This document shows, piece after piece, positions 9,629 through 18,572 of a stretch of 63,696 nt of DNA. The notes under the pieces were generated by a model that ran no database searches, was not told the origin of the DNA, and worked only from the letters and a program-made list of their open reading frames with translations. This DNA is from Erysipelotrichaceae bacterium. Its GTDB lineage: Bacteria; Bacillota_I; Bacilli_A; RFN20; CAG-631. Both the position numbers and the translations under genes were made by a program. The stretch spans positions 1 to 63,696 of the forward strand of contig JALEMY010000092.1 in assembly GCA_022767485.1 (NCBI GenBank). Reading direction: 5' to 3'. Each line of letters begins with the position of its first letter. Within the stretch, counting starts at the first letter, position 1.

Positions 9629-10429
9629 ATGATTAATTTTTTAGCTGAAAAAGAATTTCCTGGAGTATTTGGCATTGAACATATTATTTTTATGGTTATA
9701 GCCTTTTCTTTGATGTTTTTTGGCTGGATATTTATCGGTAAAAAAGTTAAAAATGAAAAGACACGTTATATCATTACTAAAGTAAGTGCTGCATTATTAT
9801 TAGCTGCAATTTTATGGAATCGTATTTCTATAACAGTATTTAATTTTCAAAATAATGACTTTGGTTTTGAAAATATACTTTACATGATTCCACTTAGCTT
9901 TTGTGGTGTTTCATCTTTAATTACTGCAATTTCCACATTATTTTTAAAAAAAGATAATATCGTATTGCACTTTATTTCCTATATTGGCTTTATTGGTGGA
10001 CTTGTATCTACTATATATCCTGATTATTTAGACAACCAAATGCTTTTAGATCCTCGTAGTTTATCAGGACTTACTCATCATGCAATTTTATTATGGTTGG
10101 TAGTGTTAAACATTATCACTGGTTATTTTAAGCCAACAAGTAAGAAATGGTTTGTCTTTGAACTTGGTTCATGCATCTTATTAACTATAGGTGTTTTCTT
10201 TAAAGAATTTGATGCATATTTAAATATTCGTTGTTTTGCTCATCCAATGCAAATAAGTCAAGCTCTTATTTCTTCTATGCCAATTCTTACCTCATGGTAT
10301 GTTGTTGGCATTGTTTTAGCTATTTTACATATTGTATTTTTAATTTTTTATGAAAGATATAAAAATAATCATACATGGAAAGAAGTATTTAGCAAACAAA
10401 TGTGGTCTTTAGCAAAGAAAGTATCTTAA
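9629..10429 (+). CDS. Polytopic membrane protein, possibly YwaF/TIGR02206-like
   Basis: 266 aa with about 7 hydrophobic segments. It starts 31 nt after the glucosidase stop with no intervening terminator. The family assignment is from weak recollection only. Confidence 0.5.
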   Translation: MINFLAEKEFPGVFGIEHIIFMVIAFSLMFFGWIFIGKKVKNEKTRYIITKVSAALLLAAILWNRISITVFNFQNNDFGFENILYMIPLSFCGVSSLITAISTLFLKKDNIVLHFISYIGFIGGLVSTIYPDYLDNQMLLDPRSLSGLTHHAILLWLVVLNIITGYFKPTSKKWFVFELGSCILLTIGVFFKEFDAYLNIRCFAHPMQISQALISSMPILTSWYVVGIVLAILHIVFLIFYERYKNNHTWKEVFSKQMWSLAKKVS

Positions 10430-10447
10430 TGATATTTTCTTTTTTTT
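10416..10447 (+). terminator. Intrinsic terminator after the glucosidase/membrane-protein pair
   Basis: 10-bp stem (10416-10425 pairs with 10431-10440, one G-U) with a 5-nt loop, followed by T7 at 10441-10447. Confidence 0.6.
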
Positions 10448-10536
10448 ATGTTACAATTATAAAAAGACTAATTATGTATTAGTCAGAAAGGAAATGATTT
10501 ATTTATCATAAAAGATAAGTAAATTAAAGAAAACAT

Positions 10537-11220
10537 ATGAAAGCAATAATATCAATTGGCGGAGGAGAAATACGTAATCAATCAACATTAAAAATTGACA
10601 AAGCAATCGCTTCTTTTTTGATAAATAACAACAAAAAGAAAGTGCTATTTTTGCCGACTGCAAGTAACGATAATGAAAATTATATACAAACTTTTAAAAG
10701 TTATTATGAAAGTCTAAATCTAAAAATAACTACGTTATGTCTTAGTATAATTGATAATGATGAAATTATTAAAAGCAAAATATTTGCAAGCGATGCGATA
10801 TATATTGGTGGAGGAAATTCTGCAAAATTAATGCGTGTTTTTAAAAGAACTCATCTTAATGAATATTTAAAAATGGCCTATGAAAAGGGAATTGTTATTA
10901 TCGGCATATCTTCAGGAGCGATGGTTTTATTTGAAAGTGGTTACTCCGATGCTAATAAAAGCACAAATATAAATGCTAAACTGTCATTATTAAAGTGCAT
11001 TAATATTATCCCGTATTGTTTTTGCCCTCACTTTGATGATGAAAATAGAAAGGATTTCTCATCATTTTTAAAAGAGCAAAAATTAAATGGAATCGCTTTA
11101 GATAGCAATGCTTCAATGTGGTATATAAACGATAAAATTCAAGGTGTATTAGCAAGTGATGAAAATAAATCTGGTTATATATTTATCGATTCAAACAAAA
11201 AAGAAATAGCGAAGTTTTAA
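10537..11220 (+). CDS. Peptidase S51 (dipeptidase E-like, class I glutamine-amidotransferase fold)
   Basis: 227 aa. IYIGGGNSAKLM and GISSGAMV (nucleophile Ser) plus CPHFDDE are typical S51 motifs. Confidence 0.7.
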   Translation: MKAIISIGGGEIRNQSTLKIDKAIASFLINNNKKKVLFLPTASNDNENYIQTFKSYYESLNLKITTLCLSIIDNDEIIKSKIFASDAIYIGGGNSAKLMRVFKRTHLNEYLKMAYEKGIVIIGISSGAMVLFESGYSDANKSTNINAKLSLLKCINIIPYCFCPHFDDENRKDFSSFLKEQKLNGIALDSNASMWYINDKIQGVLASDENKSGYIFIDSNKKEIAKF

Positions 11221-13841
11221 TTCTTTCTATTTCTTTTATTTGAGTCGACTAATAGTATATTTTTAGTATAAATATTATTATCTTTAAAGAAGAGATGTTG
11301 TATTTTTTTAGCTTTTAAAACCTTCAATCTTCCTACATCATTTTTGGCAAAAATAATAGCGAAGGGACCAAGGTAGATGTTCATTTGTCTTACAAATAAT
11401 CTAACCATATCTTTATTTTTCTTAAAGGCATCTGGCACAACATAAAATTCAGTGAAAGGCATCATTCTTGCTTTAGCAATCAAATATCTTGGTTGGTTTA
11501 AATTAGATAACAATTGCATTATGCATTCAGAAAAAATATTTTGTTCATAAGTAGAGGCATTTTCTAAATAAATACATACTTCATTATTATTTATATTTTT
11601 GGTTACTATTTTTATATTTTTAGAGTTGATATGATTGCTTTTTCTTAATGTTATAATCATTGCTTTTCCTATTGCTTTTAATTTCTTTTTTGCTGTTAAT
11701 AAATTAAATAATCTATATAAGTATAAAAATAGCAATAAAATAGAAATAGTAAAGAGAATAAGACTTATTAATAAGGCTAATGACTTGTTGATAATTGCGA
11801 TGTTTTGATACAAATTATATATAAAATACGGAAGAAATAAAAGCAAAATTGAGCAAGATAATGATTCAAAAAACGAGAGATCTTTTCTAAGTCTTTTTCG
11901 TGAAACTATCGTTTGTTTGGTCAATTCTTCAAGTGATTTTGCATTCATGATACATTCATTCCAAACATCCCTTATTTTTTTTCTATCAGCTGATTCATAA
12001 ATTGTCTTTTCATTTAATTTAAGCATTTCTTGTTTGTTATGGGGAACACTATTTATTCCTAAGCGCTCAATACCATTTTCAATTCTTTTTTTATTAATAT
12101 CAACACCCACAAAAGATGAAAAACGTTTTAAAACATTATAAAAGTCATATGAATAATGATAGTCGAAGGGATTTAAACAAACTAAATGCCACACGTTGGC
12201 AATTTTATTTAAATCTTTTTTATTGGTTCTAATAGCTCTTCCTCTCATTTGATTGCTTAAGACATAAGAGCCGATAAAACTTGCTAAAATAAGACTATTA
12301 ATACAAGGTGAATCCCATCCTTCACCAAGTAAAGATTTTGTGCCAATTAATACGTTAAAACAACCATTTTCAAATAGCTTTGTAATCGTTGGCACCAATT
12401 CATTTTTTATACTTGAAGATGGAATCACCTCAACATAATTGGTTGAAGCAAGGGGTTTTAAAGAAAAAGATGGTGGCAAATATTGAATACAATCTTTAGG
12501 AATTATACAAACGCTACCAGATATCACACATAATGTGACACCTTTAATGTTTTCTTGTCTTAAATATTCAAAAATAGGAATTGTACCAAAGCTATCTATT
12601 TGTTTTTCACTTCCGATATTAACTTTACTTTTAAGTTTGATATAATCGGTTAAAATAAGACACCTTAATTTATCTTTCATATTGTCATATTCAAAAGATA
12701 CTATATCTCTTATGGACTCTTTTTTAGAAAGAGACATGCTCATAAGCTTATTGATTTTTTCATCATGAGCTAAATTTACAATTCTATGGTGGACTGCTCC
12801 TAGTGATGAAAGTTCCTTTTTTATCGATAAAAGATATTCTTTATCATGATATGAATCTTGATCATCAAACAAAACATTTTGAAGTAAGCATTCAAATTGT
12901 TGAATACTAATTTTGCTACTATAATTTGCATAAAGTTTTATTTTTAAAGGGACTTTTATTTTATTTTCACATAAAAAAGATATGAAAGCATCATAATAAT
13001 CCTCGTTATAATAATACATTTTTTTAAAAAGTTTAACATCCTCATATATTTTATTTGAAGCGATAACGTCGATTAGTTTTGCATCATTTTTATATTTATG
13101 ATAGATTTTTAATCCATTAGAATAACAATGTAATATCTTGTCTGTTTCCTCTTTTGTTGGATAAGAAAAATAAATATAATCTTGATGTGGACATAAATTG
13201 TTGTCTTTAATTAACTCTGGAACAAATATTTCCGCATCGATTGGACCACATAAATCAATATATCTTTGCCATTCACTATTAGATGAATCGTATGGAGGAG
13301 TAGCAGTTAAAGCAATTATTTTAATATTAGTTAATTGTTTGGTTAGTTTTTCTAAAACTTTCCACCACTCATATTTTAAATGGTGACATTCATCTAAGCA
13401 AATTGTTTCAATATGATATAAACTTAATGTTTCAAATAAATTAAAATCGCGAAAATCTTGTAAGTCAACTTCGTTATCTTCATCTGATTCTTCCATTTTT
13501 TCTTTTTTAAAAGCACTATATAATGCTTGATAAGTAATACAAATAATCGGCTTTTTATCCATCAAATTATTTGAAATATATAAAGAAGCATCAATGTCAC
13601 AGGCAAAATCGTTTTTAAAGCGGTAAATCCATTGCTCACGTATTGCAATGCTTGGAACTAATACTAAACTTGGTTTATTAAGTCTTAAAATAAGTTCAAG
13701 TCCAAGGGTAGTTTTTCCACTTCCAGGGGAAGCGACAACATGAATTTTTTCATTATCTAAAAAAGCTTCAAGATTATCTAATACACGTTTTTGATATGGT
13801 CGATACGTCCCATGAAATTTTATGGAATTATCAAAAACCAT
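11217..13841 (-). CDS. Superfamily-2 (ResIII/DEAH-type) helicase with C-terminal TM hairpin and unassigned C-terminal domain
   Basis: 874 aa with SD GAGGAG. Helicase motifs: Walker A ASPGSGKTT, motif II LDECHH, motif III LTATPP, motif VI QMRGRAIR. Two hydrophobic segments follow (59 aa, nt 11697-11873), then a 159-aa basic tail (nt 11220-11696) with no motif I recognise. Confidence 0.8.
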   Translation of the reverse strand: MVFDNSIKFHGTYRPYQKRVLDNLEAFLDNEKIHVVASPGSGKTTLGLELILRLNKPSLVLVPSIAIREQWIYRFKNDFACDIDASLYISNNLMDKKPIICITYQALYSAFKKEKMEESDEDNEVDLQDFRDFNLFETLSLYHIETICLDECHHLKYEWWKVLEKLTKQLTNIKIIALTATPPYDSSNSEWQRYIDLCGPIDAEIFVPELIKDNNLCPHQDYIYFSYPTKEETDKILHCYSNGLKIYHKYKNDAKLIDVIASNKIYEDVKLFKKMYYYNEDYYDAFISFLCENKIKVPLKIKLYANYSSKISIQQFECLLQNVLFDDQDSYHDKEYLLSIKKELSSLGAVHHRIVNLAHDEKINKLMSMSLSKKESIRDIVSFEYDNMKDKLRCLILTDYIKLKSKVNIGSEKQIDSFGTIPIFEYLRQENIKGVTLCVISGSVCIIPKDCIQYLPPSFSLKPLASTNYVEVIPSSSIKNELVPTITKLFENGCFNVLIGTKSLLGEGWDSPCINSLILASFIGSYVLSNQMRGRAIRTNKKDLNKIANVWHLVCLNPFDYHYSYDFYNVLKRFSSFVGVDINKKRIENGIERLGINSVPHNKQEMLKLNEKTIYESADRKKIRDVWNECIMNAKSLEELTKQTIVSRKRLRKDLSFFESLSCSILLLFLPYFIYNLYQNIAIINKSLALLISLILFTISILLLFLYLYRLFNLLTAKKKLKAIGKAMIITLRKSNHINSKNIKIVTKNINNNEVCIYLENASTYEQNIFSECIMQLLSNLNQPRYLIAKARMMPFTEFYVVPDAFKKNKDMVRLFVRQMNIYLGPFAIIFAKNDVGRLKVLKAKKIQHLFFKDNNIYTKNILLVDSNKRNRKN

Positions 13842-13856
13842 TTAAATCACTCCTCT

Positions 13857-14423
13857 CTACAACTTTTTTAATATAGCAATACCATCTCCAACATCGTTAT
13901 ATGAAACTTTATAGTCTTTTAAATTATCTAAATACATTTTTAATTCAACGAGTTTTTGCTCATAAAATAAAGCTTTTTTTCTGCTGACATTTTTTTTAAA
14001 ATCATCAAGTCTCATATTGTCAATAATTACGATACCATTATCTTTCAAATTATTTTTATATTTTTCAAAAAACAATATATTTTTGGCTTTAGCCGCATCG
14101 ATGAAAATAACATCGAATTTTTGCGAAATAAAAATATTTAAGGCATCATCTTGAATGCATTCTATTTTATCTTCAAGATTAAAATCTTTAATGTTTTGTT
14201 CGCAAATTTTAAAACGATTTTCATCGTGTTCTATCGTTGTTACATATACATTATTTAAACTTGCAAGGTGTAGTGTAGTATAACCGATTGCACTTCCAAT
14301 TTCCAAAACTTCACGATAATCATTTTTAATGATTAAATCCATGAAAAATTCGACAAAATCTTTTCTTGCAATAGGTATAAAATGCTTGCTTGCATACTCT
14401 TCTATCTCTTTAAAACTTTTCAT
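13857..14423 (-). CDS. Class I SAM-dependent O-methyltransferase (YrrM/TrmR-like)
   Basis: 188 aa. VLEIGSAIGYTT (SAM motif I) and DVIFIDAAK are typical of the caffeoyl-CoA-OMT-like family. It starts 1 nt after the upstream gene's stop. Confidence 0.7.
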   Translation of the reverse strand: MKSFKEIEEYASKHFIPIARKDFVEFFMDLIIKNDYREVLEIGSAIGYTTLHLASLNNVYVTTIEHDENRFKICEQNIKDFNLEDKIECIQDDALNIFISQKFDVIFIDAAKAKNILFFEKYKNNLKDNGIVIIDNMRLDDFKKNVSRKKALFYEQKLVELKMYLDNLKDYKVSYNDVGDGIAILKKL

Positions 14424-14424
14424 A

Positions 14425-14964
14425 TTACATAGTCCTTATCACACTAAAATATAAATTTTTTATTTCATCGCACAAACTATCAAGAGATTTTTTATCGCTA
14501 TCTACGACAAAATTAATTCCTTTTATATTGTTGTCATTAAAGGCTATTCTATCGTTTATTATTCTTTGTTTAGCATCATCTGCATTATCGTTTCTTTTTA
14601 TCATTCTTTCATATCTTACTTTTTCATTACAACATAAATATATTGAAACGATGTGACTATCATTTAATTTTAAAAATGAATTTAGACCATTTGGATCTAA
14701 AATAATACATTTGTCATCCTTGATGTCTTTTCTACTAGTTCCATAATAGTTTGAATTATAATATGTCGTTTCAACAAAAAAATTTTCACTAGATAAATTA
14801 GCGAATTCTTCAAGAGAAATAAAATTATAGTCGATACCATTTCTTTCATTTATTCTAGGTTTTCTTGTCGTATAAGTTACAATTTTCGTAATATTATATT
14901 TTTTTGCTAAAAGTTTTGCTACTTCTGTTTTTCCTGAAGCGCTAGGACCAATTAATATAAGCAT
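14425..14964 (-). CDS. gmk: Guanylate kinase family protein
   Basis: P-loop GPSASGKTE plus TTRKPRINERNGIDYNF, which matches the guanylate kinase signature TTRxxRxxExxGxxYxF. The ORF track starts at 14976. The ATG at 14964 is preceded by GGTGA, so I prefer it. Confidence 0.65.
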   Translation of the reverse strand: MLILIGPSASGKTEVAKLLAKKYNITKIVTYTTRKPRINERNGIDYNFISLEEFANLSSENFFVETTYYNSNYYGTSRKDIKDDKCIILDPNGLNSFLKLNDSHIVSIYLCCNEKVRYERMIKRNDNADDAKQRIINDRIAFNDNNIKGINFVVDSDKKSLDSLCDEIKNLYFSVIRTM

Positions 14965-15106
14965 TTTATCACCCATGTTTATTATACCATATTTTCTTCA
15001 TTCTTCCTTAGATTTACATAAAATTAAGAAATTGTTTAAGTAGATAAACTGTTTTCCTTTTTTTTATGTAAAAAATGTAGATATAAATGACTTTTATTTC
15101 TTGCGT

Positions 15107-15129
15107 ATTTTATTTGAATCAAATAAAAT
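15107..15129. promoter_or_regulatory. Perfect 23-bp palindrome (putative operator) in the divergent gmk-operon / degV intergenic region
   Basis: ATTTTATTTGA-A-TCAAATAAAAT has 11-nt arms that are exact reverse complements. It lies 32 nt upstream of the degV start codon and 13 nt upstream of a TATAAT at 15142-15147. Confidence 0.4.
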
Positions 15130-15160
15130 ATATTTACCAAATATAATATTGGAGGTCAAT

Positions 15161-16045
15161 ATGAATAAAATTGTTATATTAACTGATAGTACTTGTGACC
15201 TATCAAATGAATTGATTGAACAACGTCGCATTATGATTATGCCTTTAAAAGTATGCTTTGATGGAGTAGAATATTTAGATGGTGTTGATTTAAAAACACC
15301 AAAGATGTATAAAATCGTTGAAGAAAAAAATGTTTTACCTAAAACAGCTGCTATTACAATTGAAGAATTTATTAAGAAATTTACAGAACTTGTTAGTGAA
15401 GGATATGATGTGATATACACTGGTATTGGTTCAAAATTATCATCTTCATATCAAAACTGTATGGTTGCTATTTCAACTTTAAATGAAGAGATAGCTTCAC
15501 ATATTTATCCTGTTGATTCTGGCAATCTTTCAACTGGTATTGGCTTATTGGTTTTAAAAATGTGTGATATGAGAGATGCTAATATGACAGCTAAAGAAAT
15601 ACAAGAAGCAGCTAATAAAATAGTCCCTTGTATTCGTGCACAATTTAGTGTCAAAGAATTAACCTTTTTACATAAAGGAGGAAGATGTTCTGGAACAGCA
15701 AGGTTTTTTGGAACACTACTTAGAATTCATCCAATTTTAAGAGTTTTCGATGGGAAAATCATCTTGAGTGAAAAAATATTTGGTCGTTATGAAAAGTCTC
15801 TTGATTTTCAAATTGCTGACATAGTAAATAACGTCGATCATAGTGAACATGATTATCTATTTATCACTCATTCTATTGCGGATGATGAAGCTAAGTATAT
15901 TTATGATAATATCCCTGAAGAAGTAAAAAAGAAATTTAAAAATATTTATATTACAAATGCTGGGTGCGTTATTTCCTCCCATTGTGGAAAAGGAACGATT
16001 GGTATTTTATATATCAAAGATGCGCCATTAGTAGATGATAAGTAA
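15161..16045 (+). CDS. DegV-family fatty-acid-binding protein
   Basis: MNKIVILTDSTCDL is a typical DegV N-terminus, and GGRCSG is also DegV-like. GGAGG lies 5 nt before the ATG at 15161, so the ORF-track start at 15101 is an upstream extension. Confidence 0.87.
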   Translation: MNKIVILTDSTCDLSNELIEQRRIMIMPLKVCFDGVEYLDGVDLKTPKMYKIVEEKNVLPKTAAITIEEFIKKFTELVSEGYDVIYTGIGSKLSSSYQNCMVAISTLNEEIASHIYPVDSGNLSTGIGLLVLKMCDMRDANMTAKEIQEAANKIVPCIRAQFSVKELTFLHKGGRCSGTARFFGTLLRIHPILRVFDGKIILSEKIFGRYEKSLDFQIADIVNNVDHSEHDYLFITHSIADDEAKYIYDNIPEEVKKKFKNIYITNAGCVISSHCGKGTIGILYIKDAPLVDDK

Positions 16046-16046
16046 A

Positions 16047-17195
16047 ATGAAAAAAAGAATTGCTATTGTTGGGGCAGGAGCTAGTGGTTTACTACTTGCA
16101 AGTTTATTAAACAAACATTTAAATTTTGATGTAACTTTATTTGAAAAATATGAACATGTAGGTAAAAAACTATTGATAACTGGAAATGGAAGATGCAATT
16201 TTACAAATCTTCACATCAATTCAAATTGCTATAATAATTCATGGGGCTATGATATAGCTTCATCTTTTGATTGTAAAAAATATTTTGAAGATTTAGGTAT
16301 GCTTACTACGTCAGATAATGAAGGGAGAGTTTATCCTAATTCTTTAGTTTCAAACACAATATTAGATATTTTAAGGGACCAAATAAGTAATATTAACGTC
16401 TTGACATCGACAAATATTGTAAAAATAAAAAAAGAAAAAGATATTTTTTATTTAACTTGTGAAACAAAGCAAGTCTATGAAGCCGACATTTTAATTTTAG
16501 CAAGTGGAGGGAAAACATATTATAAGGATACTAATTCTTATACTTTAGCTTCGATGTTATCTCATCAAATCACTTTGTTACGTCCTTCGTTAACACCATT
16601 AAAAGTTAAAGAAAATCTTGTATCGATTGAAAATATTCGTTGTAAAGTTAAAGCAAAATTATTAACTAATAATAAGTGTGTTTATGAAGATGAAGGGGAA
16701 GTTTTATTTAAAAAAGACGCTCTTTCTGGTATTGTCATCTTTCAATTATCAAGTATAATTGCTCGCTATCCTTCAACAAATTTTGAAATATCACTTGATT
16801 TACTTCCAAAATATGAATATCAAGAAATCGTAGATCATTTAAATAAATTTTCTCATAAGATGGGCATGTTTCCTAAAATGTTAATGCAATATGTATTAAA
16901 AAACAGTTATGATAAATCTAATGAAAGCATCGCAAAAACGATTAAAAATTTAAAGTTCCACGTTGTAGAAAATATCGATTTTAAAGGTGCACAAATTACT
17001 TCAGGCGGTATAAAGATTAGTGAGCTAACTTCTAGTTTAGAAAGTAAATATGTTAGTAATTTATTTATGATTGGAGAAATGGTTGATGTTGATGGGCTAT
17101 GTGGAGGATATAATTTACAATTTGCTTTTGCTAGTGCTTATGTGTCATATTTACAGATTTTAAAAAAAGCTGGTGAAGAAAATGAAAAATTATGA
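16047..17195 (+). CDS. HI0933/BaiN-family NAD(P)/FAD-dependent flavoprotein
   Basis: IAIVGAGASGL dinucleotide-binding motif, TGNGRCNFTN, and C-terminal ITSGGI...GEMVDVDGLCGGYNLQ. Start is at 16047 or 16035. Confidence 0.75.
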   Translation: MKKRIAIVGAGASGLLLASLLNKHLNFDVTLFEKYEHVGKKLLITGNGRCNFTNLHINSNCYNNSWGYDIASSFDCKKYFEDLGMLTTSDNEGRVYPNSLVSNTILDILRDQISNINVLTSTNIVKIKKEKDIFYLTCETKQVYEADILILASGGKTYYKDTNSYTLASMLSHQITLLRPSLTPLKVKENLVSIENIRCKVKAKLLTNNKCVYEDEGEVLFKKDALSGIVIFQLSSIIARYPSTNFEISLDLLPKYEYQEIVDHLNKFSHKMGMFPKMLMQYVLKNSYDKSNESIAKTIKNLKFHVVENIDFKGAQITSGGIKISELTSSLESKYVSNLFMIGEMVDVDGLCGGYNLQFAFASAYVSYLQILKKAGEENEKL

Positions 17196-17961
17196 TATCG
17201 TCTATTCTAATAATCAAACACTTGGCTACATAAAAGATTTAAAACATGTGTGTTATAGCAAGGATGAAAAAGCTATTTTATTTGATACTTTAAAAAAAGA
17301 ATTAATAAAAAAAGATTATAATAGGAAACTATTTTCTTTAATTATTGGTTTATTATCCTTATTTATTGCTATTTCTTTTGCTTTGCTTATGATTTTTAAT
17401 GTGATTTCACTTGGAACTATGCAATGGTTTTATTTCACTTTTATTCTTGTTGCTCTAATACTTTTTTGGGTGTTATTTTACTATATTTTTGGCTTTATAT
17501 TTTACAGTAAAATAAAGATGAATATTTATTTTAAAAATCCCAAATTAAAAGATAGTAATTTTTGTGTGGAATATGCCTCTTCTTTCTATTATAAATGGAT
17601 AAATAAATATATCGAAAGTTTATCTGATCCATTATATAGCATAAATGAAAAAAAAGACACTCCTATAGCTTTTGGCTTAAAGATGCCTTCAAAAATAAAA
17701 AATCTAATATTTAATGGCCATATTAATTTAAATATTCCTTATTACTACTTTGCAATATCAAGCCAAAGAATACTATTTCTTCCTGGAATGATTGTTGTTG
17801 TTAATGGTAAAAAATCCGATGTTTTTTCTTCAACACTTTTAAATTTTAAACAAAATGGTAAGGAAATATCACTTTACAAAAATGAAAAATTATTGTTAAC
17901 ATTTAAAGCAAGTGGGGAATTTGACATCAATTTCTTTCATTTTAAATATGAACAAATCTAA
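17182..17961 (+). CDS. Hypothetical membrane protein
   Basis: The ATG at 17182 is preceded by GGTGA (the ORF-track start at 17173 is GTG). It has two long hydrophobic segments (aa about 55-110) and a soluble C-terminal half. No family recognised. Confidence 0.5.
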   Translation: MKNYDIVYSNNQTLGYIKDLKHVCYSKDEKAILFDTLKKELIKKDYNRKLFSLIIGLLSLFIAISFALLMIFNVISLGTMQWFYFTFILVALILFWVLFYYIFGFIFYSKIKMNIYFKNPKLKDSNFCVEYASSFYYKWINKYIESLSDPLYSINEKKDTPIAFGLKMPSKIKNLIFNGHINLNIPYYYFAISSQRILFLPGMIVVVNGKKSDVFSSTLLNFKQNGKEISLYKNEKLLLTFKASGEFDINFFHFKYEQI

Positions 17962-18458
17962 TAAAATTTTATTGATTCTATATTATTATCATCGCATGCT
18001 AGACTTAAAATATAAATACTATTTTGATCTAGCATTTTTATTTGTTTTGTTATTTTTACTTTTTTATTTAACGATGAATATATTATACCTGTCCCAATTT
18101 TTTTAAAATAAGCCTCCATCTTAGAAAATCTTTTAATAATTTTATAAGAGGAACTAGTTTTTATATTTAATTTTTTAGCTATTATTTCTTTGTTTTTAAT
18201 TTCCCTAATTTTTTCAATATCAATTCCTACTTCTTTATTTGATATTATTAAGGCTATCATATTTTCACAATGAGAAATGTTAAAGTAGATAGGGCAATTT
18301 TTAAAATATGGTTTATTATATTCATTATAAACCATTGATAAAGAATCAATATCGATAAGATATTCTTCTTTTAAAACTTCCTTTAATAATTCTTTTGCTT
18401 TAATAGAAAGAATCTTATTATTACTTGTAGCTATTTTTCTTAAAAAAACTTTGCTCAC
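17958..18458 (-). CDS. 4'-phosphopantetheinyl transferase (Sfp-type, short)
   Basis: FNISHCENMIALIIS...EVGIDIEKI and FSKMEAYFKKIGTGI match the PPTase motifs (xNxSHS, GxDxE, WxxKEAxxK). The likely start is GTG at 18458, 5 nt after AGGTGG. The ORF track starts at 18467. Confidence 0.65.
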   Translation of the reverse strand: MSKVFLRKIATSNNKILSIKAKELLKEVLKEEYLIDIDSLSMVYNEYNKPYFKNCPIYFNISHCENMIALIISNKEVGIDIEKIREIKNKEIIAKKLNIKTSSSYKIIKRFSKMEAYFKKIGTGIIYSSLNKKVKITKQIKMLDQNSIYILSLACDDNNIESIKFY

Positions 18459-18572
18459 TATTACCACCTACACTATTTTATCATATACATGACAAAAATA
18501 AAGACGAGAAAAAAAACAATTGACTAAAAAGTTAAATAATATAATAATGATTTCATAAGGAGGCTGATTGTT

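Noticed and set aside
11217-14976. The gmk-like / methyltransferase / helicase trio as a restriction-modification or nucleotide-depletion defence system.
   Set aside because: The methyltransferase has small-molecule/tRNA O-methyltransferase motifs (YrrM/TrmR-like), not DNA MTase motifs. No nuclease domain is visible, and the kinase looks like an ordinary guanylate kinase. Only the helicase architecture itself is unusual, and that is reported as a finding.
15094-15420. A 108-aa minus-strand ORF spanning the degV promoter and 5' end.
   Set aside because: It overlaps the well-supported DegV gene in antisense, has no SD and has no recognisable motif. The same region is better explained by the degV promoter, palindrome and coding start.
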